DNA of 45,062 nt from Candidatus Woesearchaeota archaeon (GCA_964533515.1 CAZHMB010000004.1:1-45062); one strand, 5' to 3'; shown: positions 9,907 to 19,149, counted from the first letter of the stretch. Notes: generated by a model from the letters alone, not told the origin. Program-made: numbers and translations.

Positions 9907-10032
9907 ATGGAGCTCAAGATAATTAAATTTCAGAACTTCCAAGTTTGTGCGATTTCTCAGAAGGCCATTAGAAATCGTTTAACCGCAAAGGAAGGGAAGG
10001 TACTAGGAAACCGCTTAGGTTTCCTCGAATAA
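9907..10032 (+). repeat. Dispersed hairpin element copy A; also a 41-aa ORF filling the arsR-iscS gap
   Basis: Stem GCGATTTCT(9949-9957)/AGAAATCGT(9970-9978) with loop CAGAAGGCCATT; block taaccgcaaaggaagggaaggt; stem AGGAAACC/GGTTTCCT (10005-10025). ORF reads MELKIIKFQNFQVCAISQKAIRNRLTAKEGKVLGNRLGFLE*. Confidence 0.8.
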
Positions 10033-10033
10033 G

Positions 10034-11197
10034 ATGCAAAAACAAATCTACTTAGACAATGCTTCTACAACCCCTATTGATTCGCAAGTTCTGAAAGCAA
10101 TGCAACCTTATCTTACCTCAAAATATGGAAATGCTTCAAGCCAACATGCAAAAGGAAGAGAAGCAAAAGAAGCTTTAGAAAAGTCCAGAAAAATTATTGC
10201 AAAATCCATCGGAGCGAAGTCATCTGAAATCTATTTCACATCGGGAGGAACAGAAAGCAACAACTGGACGACTAAAGGATTATTTTTTAAACAAAAAGAA
10301 TTGCAAACAGGCAAGAACCATATTATAACAACAAAGATTGAACATGATTGTGTTTTGAATTCATGTAAATGGCTTGAGAAAACACAAGCAGCAAAAGTCA
10401 CCTATTTAGATGTTAATAGCGAAGGTTTTATTGATTTACAACAATTAAAGGATTCAATAACAGATAAAACTTTTCTTGTTTCGATAATTCACGGGAACAA
10501 CGAGATCGGAACAATCCAAGATTTGAAAGAAATCGGAAAGATCTGCAGGGAGAAAAAAGTCTTGTTTCACATAGATGCCTGCCAGAGTTATACAAAAACA
10601 GAAGTTAATGTTAAAAAACAAAATCTGGATTTAATAACTTTAAATGCCCATAAAATTCATGGGCCGAAAGGTGTTGGAGTTTTATACATTAGAAAAGGAA
10701 TCCAAATTACTCCTTTACAACACGGTGGAGGCCACGAATCGGGTTTGCGTTCCGGAACAGAAAGCATCTCGGGAATTGTTGGTTTTGCTGAGGCCGTTAA
10801 GATTTCTAACAATAAGGACATAAAAAAAATGAAACAACTTCAAGAAAAAATGATAAATGAAATTTTAAAAATCCCAAATACAAAAATAAATGGTCCAATT
10901 CCTGGAGAAAAAAGACTTTGTAATAATATCAACATCTGTTTTTCAAATATAGAAGGAGAATCAATTGGGGGCTATCTTGAAAGAGAAAATATTTTCACAT
11001 CAACCGGCTCCGCCTGTTCATCGCATGCTCTTGAACCCAGCCACGTTTTAACGGCGATAGGAAGAAGCCACATTGAAACAAATAGTTCAATAAGAGTTTC
11101 AATAAGCAAGTTCACAACAGAAGAAGATATAAGCAAATTCCTAAATCTTCTACCCAAAGTTGTAAATAAATTGAGAAGGCTGAGCCCCTTTGCATGA
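10034..11197 (+). CDS. iscS: Cysteine desulfurase (IscS/NifS)
   Basis: IYLDNASTT, FTSGGTESNN, NNEIGTIQ, AHKIHGPKG (PLP lysine) and STGSACSS (catalytic Cys). Confidence 0.96.
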   Translation: MQKQIYLDNASTTPIDSQVLKAMQPYLTSKYGNASSQHAKGREAKEALEKSRKIIAKSIGAKSSEIYFTSGGTESNNWTTKGLFFKQKELQTGKNHIITTKIEHDCVLNSCKWLEKTQAAKVTYLDVNSEGFIDLQQLKDSITDKTFLVSIIHGNNEIGTIQDLKEIGKICREKKVLFHIDACQSYTKTEVNVKKQNLDLITLNAHKIHGPKGVGVLYIRKGIQITPLQHGGGHESGLRSGTESISGIVGFAEAVKISNNKDIKKMKQLQEKMINEILKIPNTKINGPIPGEKRLCNNINICFSNIEGESIGGYLERENIFTSTGSACSSHALEPSHVLTAIGRSHIETNSSIRVSISKFTTEEDISKFLNLLPKVVNKLRRLSPFA

Positions 11198-11204
11198 ACT
11201 AAAA

Positions 11205-11411
11205 ATGAAAAAAATAACCCCAAAAACAAAGATATCTGAGGCTTTAGAAATGAAAGGGGACGCAGGCGCAGAAATTTTAATGAACTCCGGAATGGGTTGC
11301 GTTTTTTGTCCGATGGCCCAACAAGAAAGTTTAGAAGGGGGTTGCCTCGCTCATGGAATGTCCAAGAAAGATGTTGAAAAAATAGTTGAGGGGTTGAATA
11401 AGTTGAAATGA
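11205..11411 (+). CDS. DUF1858-like small Cys redox / Fe-S associated protein
   Basis: GMGCVFCPMAQQESLEGGCLAHG motif. ATG 11205 preferred over the TTG at 11190. Confidence 0.8.
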   Translation: MKKITPKTKISEALEMKGDAGAEILMNSGMGCVFCPMAQQESLEGGCLAHGMSKKDVEKIVEGLNKLK

Positions 11412-12310
11412 ACTTTAAACAAAAATTTGAGCCGAAAGATGATAAAGTAATTCATGGGGCGGGCCAAAGCATAGAAAGATTCAAAGATTATTGGAATGCT
11501 GTTGGAAAGAATAAGCCCCTCATCTACATGATGTACATAAGAATAAATGAGATTAAAGAAAAACTTCCAAAGAAGTTCAAAGATATGGAAAATTTTAATA
11601 GAAATCTAATCCCTCAGATAGGATTAAATTTTAAGATTAGATCAAAAGGCTCGCAAGTGAAAGAAATTGCCGAGGGACAATATGATCAACACATTGGTGA
11701 TCTATGTGACGTTTTCTCAAAATTCAAAAAACCGATTTTTTTGCGTATAGGTTATGAATTCGATAAAGAAGGGAAATATGATCCAGAGTATTTTCGAAAA
11801 GCATGGAAATACCTGGTCGGCATTATTAGAAAAAAAGGGATCACAAATGTGGCGACAGTTTGGTGTGCCTGCCCTTACAATGGAACTTCACCAGTCGAAC
11901 CATATTATCCCGGTGACAATTATGTTGATTGGTTTGGAATAGATGTTTTTGGTGTTAGACATTTTGAAAAACTATACCCCCCTGTAGAGGGTTTTTTGGA
12001 ATTGGCAAAAAAACATAAGAAACCTGTGATGATAGGGGAATCAAGTGCAATAAGTTCTAGAAGAGAAAATAAAGATGATTGGAAAGAATGGTTTGTTCCA
12101 TATTTTGATTGGATAAAGAAACACCCTGTGATAAAAGCATTTTGCTATATCAATTGGGATTGGGGAGTTGATTGGAAACAACCAGAATGGGGAAACGCAA
12201 GAATAGATAATAAAACAGAACTATTACAGGAATATAAAAAAGAGTTATCTAAAAAGAGTTATCTTCAGAATATTCCCCTAAATAAATTTTTAGAAGAGGT
12301 TAATCTTTAA
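11408..12310 (+). CDS. Glycoside hydrolase family 26-like (mannanase/glucanase)
   Basis: IFLRIGYEFD (acid/base Glu), YYPGDNYVDWFGIDVF and KPVMIGES (nucleophile Glu). Confidence 0.85.
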   Translation: MNFKQKFEPKDDKVIHGAGQSIERFKDYWNAVGKNKPLIYMMYIRINEIKEKLPKKFKDMENFNRNLIPQIGLNFKIRSKGSQVKEIAEGQYDQHIGDLCDVFSKFKKPIFLRIGYEFDKEGKYDPEYFRKAWKYLVGIIRKKGITNVATVWCACPYNGTSPVEPYYPGDNYVDWFGIDVFGVRHFEKLYPPVEGFLELAKKHKKPVMIGESSAISSRRENKDDWKEWFVPYFDWIKKHPVIKAFCYINWDWGVDWKQPEWGNARIDNKTELLQEYKKELSKKSYLQNIPLNKFLEEVNL

Positions 12311-12311
12311 A

Positions 12312-12632
12312 ATGATGCCGAATCTAGAAAATCTAAACTTAGGAAATAAAGAGATTTACATAAAAGCATTTAAAGATTTAATAAATAAAATAAAGAACAA
12401 CCAAGAGATTCAAGAAGAAAAGGATTTCATAATCAAAGACGAGGAGATAAAAGGAGAAAGAATTTTGACAATTGTCCCAAATGAATTATTAAATCAATAT
12501 ACTAATTTCAGAAACGAATACCCCGAAGAATTCCTTGGATTTTCAGTTGTTGTCAAAGGTTTACGTTTGTCATGTTTTGGTGTTCCTTGCGAAGAATTAA
12601 GTAAATGTGTTGTTGGGGGGATTAAAAATTAA
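12312..12632 (+). CDS. Hypothetical protein
   Basis: 106-aa ORF tightly coupled to both neighbours. Confidence 0.65.
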   Translation: MMPNLENLNLGNKEIYIKAFKDLINKIKNNQEIQEEKDFIIKDEEIKGERILTIVPNELLNQYTNFRNEYPEEFLGFSVVVKGLRLSCFGVPCEELSKCVVGGIKN

Positions 12633-13189
12633 TGGTAAGAAAAGGATTTGTTTCATTAGAAAAATATGGTTTCATAATTAATCAGAGAACGAGAAAAGAT
12701 TGGGCAAGTTCTAAAAAAATTTGGACTAGGAAGAAAGTTGCAGATGCTTTAGTTCAAGCCAAAAACCTGTTGCCCCCAGGATTTAATCTTTTGATTTTGG
12801 ATGGAAAGAGATCCATTGAGGATCAAAGGAGAATAATCAAGATTTGCGAAAAAGATTTTAAGAATAGGGATCCTCAAAATTGGAGACAAATGCTAAAGGA
12901 CTTTACCGGCGGTTATGAAATACTAAAACAAAGAAAATTCTCTCCAATGAGTCATCTTGGAGGGGGCGCAGTTGATTTAACTATTGTAGATGACAGAGGT
13001 AAGGAGTTGGATATGGGTGGAGATACATTTGATGAAAGAGAGGCCTTAAATTACTATGAAAAAAAGAAAAGACTCAGCAAGAGAGAGAAAGAGATTAAAG
13101 AAAACCGTAGACTCCTAAAGAAGGTTATGGTTAAAGCAGGTTTTAAGCCATATCCAAAAGAATGGATTCATTGGGGGTATAAAAAATGA
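12632..13189 (+). CDS. D-Ala-D-Ala dipeptidase (VanX/DdpX, peptidase M15)
   Basis: ILDGKRS, SHLGGGAVDLT (SxHxxxxAxD-like), LDMGG and EWIHW (ExxH). Confidence 0.85.
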   Translation: MVRKGFVSLEKYGFIINQRTRKDWASSKKIWTRKKVADALVQAKNLLPPGFNLLILDGKRSIEDQRRIIKICEKDFKNRDPQNWRQMLKDFTGGYEILKQRKFSPMSHLGGGAVDLTIVDDRGKELDMGGDTFDEREALNYYEKKKRLSKREKEIKENRRLLKKVMVKAGFKPYPKEWIHWGYKK

Positions 13190-13668
13190 CCTACATTCTC
13201 CCGTTCAAGAAACACCCCGTGAAAATCGGTCAAGGTTTTAATACTGGAAGTCACAAAAAATGGCCTGAAGACAAAGAGGACATGACTTACTCTGTAGATT
13301 TTCTTTTAAGACAAGGAACAAGAATAATCGCTTCTCGCGAAGGAAAAATTGTTAAAGTTAAGACCAACGGGAAGAAAAACTATTCTGGAAAGAATCCAAA
13401 AAAAGGGGAAAAAGCTTACAAGGAACACATGAATGAAATAGTAATCAAACATAAAGATGGAACTTATGCAGCTTATTCGCACTTGAAAAATCAAAAACCA
13501 AGAGTGAAGCTCGGACAAATTATCAAGCAAGGACAAGTTATTGGATTAAGTGGAAATACGGGTTGGTCCTCAAAACCACATTTAGATTTTAATATCTTCA
13601 AGAAGAATATCGGAAACTGGAAAATAAAGACAATTAAAATTAAATTTGAAGATTATAAATTGAAATGA
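13186..13668 (+). CDS. Peptidase M23 family protein (no signal peptide evident)
   Basis: SH...YSVDF, GTRIIASREGKI, YSHL and GQVIGLSGNTGWSSKPHLDF. Confidence 0.88.
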   Translation: MTYILPFKKHPVKIGQGFNTGSHKKWPEDKEDMTYSVDFLLRQGTRIIASREGKIVKVKTNGKKNYSGKNPKKGEKAYKEHMNEIVIKHKDGTYAAYSHLKNQKPRVKLGQIIKQGQVIGLSGNTGWSSKPHLDFNIFKKNIGNWKIKTIKIKFEDYKLK

Positions 13669-14057
13669 CCCCCCAACCATTTGGCTACACAAAAGAACTC
13701 CTGAAACATTTTCAAAATCCAAAATATGTCAAAAAATTAAAGGACCCTGATGCTATTGGGGAAATAGGGAATATAAAATGCGGAGATGTCATGCGCCTTG
13801 GAATCAAAGTTGATAAAAAAACAAACAAAATCTCGGATATCGGTTTCCAAACATTTGGCTGTCCAGCAGCGGTCGCCAGTAGCGACGTTGTTTGCGAACT
13901 TGCAAAAGGAAAAACATTGGACCAAGCAAAGAAACTTTCAAAGAATGATATCGTGAAAAAACTGGGTGGAATGCCTCCGATAAAAATTCATTGTTCAATT
14001 CTTGGAATTGAAGCGTTAAACAAAGCTATAAAAAGCTACGAGGACAAAAATAAATAA
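13665..14057 (+). CDS. iscU: Fe-S cluster scaffold IscU/NifU
   Basis: HFQNP, GNIKCGDVM, FQTFGCPAAVASS and MPPIKIHCS. Confidence 0.95.
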   Translation: MTPQPFGYTKELLKHFQNPKYVKKLKDPDAIGEIGNIKCGDVMRLGIKVDKKTNKISDIGFQTFGCPAAVASSDVVCELAKGKTLDQAKKLSKNDIVKKLGGMPPIKIHCSILGIEALNKAIKSYEDKNK

Positions 14058-14058
14058 A

Positions 14059-14299
14059 ATGAAATTCAATAAATTAAATTTGGAAATCCTTGAATTTGTG
14101 CGACTTGGAAGAAGGCAAATGAAAAGTCGCTTACTCGTGCCCTTCAGGGTAACCGCAAAGGAAGGGAAGGTGCGAGAGTTTACGCGAGATTTTATCCTAA
14201 AAGTAAATTTAAAAAACCCGAGCGTGGGCTCGAGGTTAGGAAACCGTTTATGCCCTTTCCTCTGGACCTACTTGGCAGGGTACTTAGGTTTCTTCGAAT
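14059..14299 (+). repeat. Dispersed hairpin element copy B (expanded); carries ORF 14059-14310 bridging iscU to the next gene
   Basis: Stem GCGACTT(14100-14106)/AAGTCGC(14124-14130) with a GAAGGC loop. Shares taaccgcaaaggaagggaaggt and taggaaaccg...cttaggtttc with copy A. Contains nested TGCCCT...AGGGTA hairpins. Confidence 0.8.
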
Positions 14300-14776
14300 A
14301 TGGAAAATAAATATGCGGGTTGGCTAGTTGTAGGAATCTCTGTAATAATGGCCGTATTCGTGGGAATTTTTAATTACACTTTGAAAAATCTTGTTGGAGA
14401 GACCTGTACTCACGGAGCAACGTGTTCAATGTACGACACCATAGCAATTCAGACATGGATTTCCTTAGCCGTTGTTGCTGTTATCTTAGTTATAGGAATT
14501 GTAATTATGTTCACAAAACCAAAAGAAAGAATCATCATAAGAACAAAAAAGCAACAGATCAAAAAAATAGACAAATCCAAATTAGATTCCAAAGAGAAAC
14601 AAGTTGTTGAAATTTTGGAAAGAGAAAATGGGGCAATATTTCAAAAAACATTGATGGAAGAACTTGGAATTGGAAAAGTTGGTATAACCCGTCTGCTTGA
14701 CAAACTCGAAGCTAAACAGATTCTCGAAAGAAAAAGGCGAGGAATGAATAATATTGTTGTTCTAAAAAGAGATTAA
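14300..14776 (+). CDS. Membrane-anchored wHTH (MarR-like) regulator with two TM helices and a Cys/His loop
   Basis: TM - CTHGATCSM - TM, then LDSKEKQVVEIL...GAIFQKTLMEELGIGKVGITRLLDKLEAKQILERKRRGMNNIV. Confidence 0.8.
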   Translation: MENKYAGWLVVGISVIMAVFVGIFNYTLKNLVGETCTHGATCSMYDTIAIQTWISLAVVAVILVIGIVIMFTKPKERIIIRTKKQQIKKIDKSKLDSKEKQVVEILERENGAIFQKTLMEELGIGKVGITRLLDKLEAKQILERKRRGMNNIVVLKRD

Positions 14777-14783
14777 AAAATAA

Positions 14784-16958
14784 TCAATTGTAATAATCTA
14801 AAAATCTATTATTAATAACTCCCCCAGTCATTGAACCCCCACCCCCAGAACTCTCGCTAATATCTTCTTCGCCACCATTTTCATCGCCGTCTGATCCAGA
14901 ATCGTCTTCTGAATCTCTTGAAGAATCATCCGTGCTTGAATCTTCATCTGAACTCGAATCTTCATCATTAGAATCATCAGCTTCATCATCACCAGGGCTC
15001 TCGCCTTCGCTATATTCTGGTTCATCTGATTCGTAATAACATTCACAGCCACCAGATCCACAGCCAGTTCCTCTCAACCTCTGACCTGAACGACTTTCAC
15101 ATTGACTTTGACAATCATCACATTCGGCACCACCGCCCTCTCCTCCAGATTGACCTTCTTCAGGTTCTCCGCCCCAAGAATAACATTTACAATTTCCCCC
15201 AGAAAAGTCCCACGCTTGTTCTTTCTCTTCGCACTCAGAAGCACATTCCTTCTCTTCCTTTTTTATTTCATCCCAGTCTTCTTCATAGTTACCAACACCT
15301 GTAGCAGCACCATCGTAGCAGTCTAGTCTTTCAAGTGGATCTTCGATTTCTTTACAACCAAAGTTCACACCCTGGCCATACTTTTCAGGTTTCTCGTTTC
15401 CTCCCCCTTCCATAAATTTCTTGCAATCTCTATAATCATGTATTTGATTTTCCTTACATTCCTCTGGACGGTTTTCGATATTCCACATAAAATCTTTACA
15501 TTCTTCAGAATCAGTTATCCCTTGCTCTGCGCATTCTGGAGCATGTTGTTGCATCATAATATCATCACAGATCTTTCGTCCTTCAGATTCACTTTGAACA
15601 TCCGCTTCAAGCAAAGCTTCTTTACATTCTTCAGGAGCATGGGCCGTTACCATAATTTTACTACATTCTTCAGGAGTTGTAGCTCCCGCTTCTTCACATT
15701 CAGAAGGCATGTGTAAATCATATTTCTCCTCCATCATTCCAGAATCAAGTTCATCCATAATTTCTTGCAGATGCGGAGGTAACCCGGGCATTTCCAAATT
15801 ATCTAACGCCTCGCATGCAGCTTCGTCTTCATTAACATCACAAGCAGTTGCTAAAGGTGCTGCCTCAGTACAAGCCTCTGCAAAATCGGGATAAGGAATG
15901 TCCTGACAAGCACAATCTTGCCCTGAAGTTTTAAAACATTGCTTCATTATGCCCGCAAATTTCTTTGCCTCCTCCTTTTGTTCTTTAGTCAATTCTTTAT
16001 GCAATCTTTTTTGCCAGTCAGCAGAATCATCACCGGCCTTACATACAGAATAATATTCATTTGGATCCAACTCAGATAAACTTCTACAAAGTTCTTTAAT
16101 CTTTGAAGAGATCTCAATAGCGGTTATAAGACTTCCCTCGCTGTCAATTATATCCTCATAAAACTCCTCTTGATCCTCTTCTGGGATTTTGTCTTTAATC
16201 TCCTTTAACATTTTTTGAATTCCCGCGGCCGCTCTTCTTGCCTCTTCCCTTTTATCGGGATCTGGATCTTCTGAAAATTTCTCAGCGTATTCTTTATATT
16301 TCAACAGGGCTTTTCTAGCAGAATCGTAATCTCCCTTTTCTATCATAGCGTGAACCTCTGCTATTTTTTCTTCCCTGCTATCTCCGAAAAGGCCATCAAG
16401 AAAATAAAAAAAACTGTCGGGGGTTATTCCAGGGTCGATGTCTTCTTCATCAGCATATTCCTCCTCTAGCTCATCAAAGGTATCACCGTATTTATATTTA
16501 CAACCTTCCCAAGTGGTATCAGCAGTACAAGTTTCACCTTCACAATAGCTAGGACCACCCCATATACTTAAACAATCTTCTGCATTCTCACAATCTTCTT
16601 GAGTCATATCCTCACAAAAGTAATCAATATCATCTTCAAGCTTCAAATCTTCACAATCCCATCCACATTCACAGTCAGGATATTCTCCGGAAACAATTTT
16701 TCCAGCATCTTTACAACCGGGCGTTGAAACACTAAAAAAATCCAGACAGGTTTCATCACAGCTTTTATCTTGAAAACCATAGTTCTCTTTACAGCTTTGT
16801 ATGCACGGACTTTTGCAAGTTTCATTATTCCCACAATCTGCCTTACAGCCGGAGACACATTTGTCCAATTCGTTTTCACTCTCTTCAGCAATCACAAATC
16901 CAGATATTAAAATAAGAGAAACTAACAAAAAACCAACAAATACTAAACCTCTTTTCAT
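14784..16958 (-). CDS. Large acidic Cys-rich secreted protein with a PGITPDS (DUF5667-like) motif and internal repeats
   Basis: Signal peptide; PGITPDSFFYFLD; PxEC...C repeats; D/S/E-rich low-complexity tail ending MTGGVINNRFLDYYN. Confidence 0.8.
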   Translation of the reverse strand: MKRGLVFVGFLLVSLILISGFVIAEESENELDKCVSGCKADCGNNETCKSPCIQSCKENYGFQDKSCDETCLDFFSVSTPGCKDAGKIVSGEYPDCECGWDCEDLKLEDDIDYFCEDMTQEDCENAEDCLSIWGGPSYCEGETCTADTTWEGCKYKYGDTFDELEEEYADEEDIDPGITPDSFFYFLDGLFGDSREEKIAEVHAMIEKGDYDSARKALLKYKEYAEKFSEDPDPDKREEARRAAAGIQKMLKEIKDKIPEEDQEEFYEDIIDSEGSLITAIEISSKIKELCRSLSELDPNEYYSVCKAGDDSADWQKRLHKELTKEQKEEAKKFAGIMKQCFKTSGQDCACQDIPYPDFAEACTEAAPLATACDVNEDEAACEALDNLEMPGLPPHLQEIMDELDSGMMEEKYDLHMPSECEEAGATTPEECSKIMVTAHAPEECKEALLEADVQSESEGRKICDDIMMQQHAPECAEQGITDSEECKDFMWNIENRPEECKENQIHDYRDCKKFMEGGGNEKPEKYGQGVNFGCKEIEDPLERLDCYDGAATGVGNYEEDWDEIKKEEKECASECEEKEQAWDFSGGNCKCYSWGGEPEEGQSGGEGGGAECDDCQSQCESRSGQRLRGTGCGSGGCECYYESDEPEYSEGESPGDDEADDSNDEDSSSDEDSSTDDSSRDSEDDSGSDGDENGGEEDISESSGGGGSMTGGVINNRFLDYYN

Positions 16959-17002
16959 AATTTGTTTAGAAGAAAGGGCTTTATAAGTTTTTTGTAAATT
17001 CT

Positions 17003-17109
17003 TAGGTTTCCTATGCGATTCTCCAGGAGGCTATTAAGAATCGCCCTCTCGTGCCCTATAGGGTATCCGTATTTCGAGGAGGGTAGAAGGGAACCCGGGG
17101 GTTCCCTTC
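17003..17109 (+). repeat. Dispersed hairpin element copy C
   Basis: GCGATTCT(17015-17022)/AGAATCGC(17037-17044) with a GGAGGC loop; ctcgTGCCCT-at-AGGGTA; terminal stem GAAGGGAACC/GGTTCCCTTC (17086-17109). Confidence 0.8.
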
Positions 17110-17111
17110 AT

Positions 17112-17141
17112 GAAACTAGTTTCTCCAAACCGCATATATAA
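17112..17141 (+). promoter_or_regulatory. Palindrome plus TATA upstream of the copper locus
   Basis: Perfect palindrome GAAACTAGTTTC (17112-17123), then catatataa about 25 nt before ATG 17162. Confidence 0.4.
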
Positions 17142-17161
17142 TACCTTTTTCTAGTTCTTTC

Positions 17162-18673
17162 ATGAAAAAGATATTCAAAATAAAAGGCATGCATTGCAAC
17201 TCATGTTCGGACAGAATTGAAAAGACTCTAAAAGATAAAGTAAATAAAATTTCTGCTAGCTATTCAAAAGAGGAAGCAGAAATAGATTTCAATCCAGAAA
17301 AAATTTCAGAAGCAGAAATAAAAAAAATTATCGAAGAAGAAGGATATTCTGTTGAAGCAGAAGAAACTCCTGTTGAAGGCGAAAAAAAATCCCATGAAAA
17401 AGAAAACAAAGATAACCAAGATAAACCCAAGAACAAAACAGATTGGATCGGTTGGACAGTATTAATCGGGAGTTGCGCTATTTTACTTTACATTGTCTAT
17501 ACAATGTTTCTTTCAAAGTACGATTTAAGTATTCCGGTATCAGGTGAAGGCGCAAGTTTATTCTTATTATTCTTCGTTGGAGTTTTAACAGGATTCCATT
17601 GTATTTCAATGTGCGGGGGTTTTGTCGTATCCTACACAACAAAAAACGCAATCAATGGCCACAAGAGTTTCAAACAACATTTAGTTTACGGGGGGGCAAA
17701 AGTCTTTTCATACGCTTTCTTCGGAGCAATATTTGGTTTAATCGGGGGGGTGTTTGCATTCAGCGTAGGTCTAAGAGGGATTATAGCAATAGTTGCTGGG
17801 GTGTTCATGATTTTCTACTCATTAAGTATGTTAGGTATTGGTTTCTTCAGAAGATTTCAATTTAATCCAAAATTTTTAAGTAAGATCGCCTCGAAAAAAC
17901 ACACCGGGCCTTACAAAGGTCCTTTTTTAACGGGCTTATTCGGGGGTTTGTTCATCGCTTGCGGCCCTTTACAAGCAATGTATCTCTATGCAATGGGAAC
18001 CGGGAACGCAATCATGGGCGCTTTATCTTTAGGAGCATTCGGCTTAGGCACTCTTCCAGTTATGCTCGGATTCGGGAGTTTAACGACAGTCATAAGCCAC
18101 AAATCAACAAGAAAAATCTTGAAAATAGCCGCGATATTAGTTTTAATCCTGGGCCTTGTTATGCTCAACAGAGGTCTAACAGTAATGGGAAGTTCAGTAA
18201 CTTATGACACTATAAAAGATAAGATAATCGGAGTTGAAAGCGCCGCAGTTCTTATGGAGGGCGGATACCAAATAATAAATATGGAAGTAAACAGATACGG
18301 CTGGGAGCCAGATTCTTTCGTTTTGAAAAAAGGCGTCCCGGCGAAATGGAACATAGATGTCAAGGAATTAACTGGCTGTAACAATGAGATAATCGTCAGA
18401 GATTATAATATAGAGATCAAACTGGAAAAAGGCTTAAACGTTGTTGAGTTTACTCCCACTGAAACGGGAACAGTGCGATGGAGTTGTTGGATGGGAATGA
18501 TTCCCGGAAGTTTTATTGTTACTGAAGACGGTTCTGCTAGCCAGGAACAAATCTCCCAAGTTGAAGCCTCAAACGTGGGCGGAAGCTGTAGTAGCGGAGC
18601 AGATGGCGGGAGTTGTGGAAGTCCAACCTGCGGAAGCACAACGGGCACCGGGGGCTGCGGTTGCGGGGGATAG
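17162..18673 (+). CDS. HMA + DsbD/TauE-like membrane domain + cupredoxin-like heavy-metal protein
   Basis: GMHCNSC (HMA), GFHCISMCGG, ACGPLQAM, FGLGTLP, GCNNEI and WSCWMGMIPG; Cys/Gly tail. Confidence 0.88.
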   Translation: MKKIFKIKGMHCNSCSDRIEKTLKDKVNKISASYSKEEAEIDFNPEKISEAEIKKIIEEEGYSVEAEETPVEGEKKSHEKENKDNQDKPKNKTDWIGWTVLIGSCAILLYIVYTMFLSKYDLSIPVSGEGASLFLLFFVGVLTGFHCISMCGGFVVSYTTKNAINGHKSFKQHLVYGGAKVFSYAFFGAIFGLIGGVFAFSVGLRGIIAIVAGVFMIFYSLSMLGIGFFRRFQFNPKFLSKIASKKHTGPYKGPFLTGLFGGLFIACGPLQAMYLYAMGTGNAIMGALSLGAFGLGTLPVMLGFGSLTTVISHKSTRKILKIAAILVLILGLVMLNRGLTVMGSSVTYDTIKDKIIGVESAAVLMEGGYQIINMEVNRYGWEPDSFVLKKGVPAKWNIDVKELTGCNNEIIVRDYNIEIKLEKGLNVVEFTPTETGTVRWSCWMGMIPGSFIVTEDGSASQEQISQVEASNVGGSCSSGADGGSCGSPTCGSTTGTGGCGCGG

Positions 18674-18707
18674 AATTTTAATATAAATGTAAGGGGGTCA
18701 AATAAAA

Positions 18708-19148
18708 ATGAATAAAAAAATAATAGTTGGTATCGGAATAATGGTTTTGATAGTCTTAGCAATCTTTATGTTTAAAGGAAGCTCAACACCAACAGGAGAA
18801 GTAATTACCGAGTTAGACGCGGTGAGAATTCCGGTTTCAGACATCTCAAAAAACGCCCAGTTTTATAGTTACGAGAGAATAGAATATTTTGTTGTTGAAG
18901 ATAAATCAGGGGATGTTAAAACCGCTTTCAATGCTTGTGATGTTTGTTACGGGGCCAAAAAAGGTTACTCGCAGAAAGGAGAAGACATGGTATGCAACAA
19001 TTGCGGAAACCATTACTCTATATCAGGATTGGGAACAAAAAATCTCCGTGGAGGAGGATGTTGGCCAGGTTATTTACCAAGCAAAGTTGAAGGAGATTAT
19101 CTAGTAATTGAAAAGTCTGATCTAGAAACAGGGAGGTATAGATTTTAA
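18708..19148 (+). CDS. DUF2318 membrane-anchored Fe-S protein
   Basis: AFNACDVCY, GY.Q.GE.MVCNNCG and GGCWPG motifs. Confidence 0.85.
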   Translation: MNKKIIVGIGIMVLIVLAIFMFKGSSTPTGEVITELDAVRIPVSDISKNAQFYSYERIEYFVVEDKSGDVKTAFNACDVCYGAKKGYSQKGEDMVCNNCGNHYSISGLGTKNLRGGGCWPGYLPSKVEGDYLVIEKSDLETGRYRF

Positions 19149-19149
19149 A

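Noticed and set aside
14059-14310. 83-aa ORF as a conventional conserved protein
   Set aside because: It consists almost entirely of the repeat element and is read partly in a different frame from copy A, so it is treated as an element-derived ORF.
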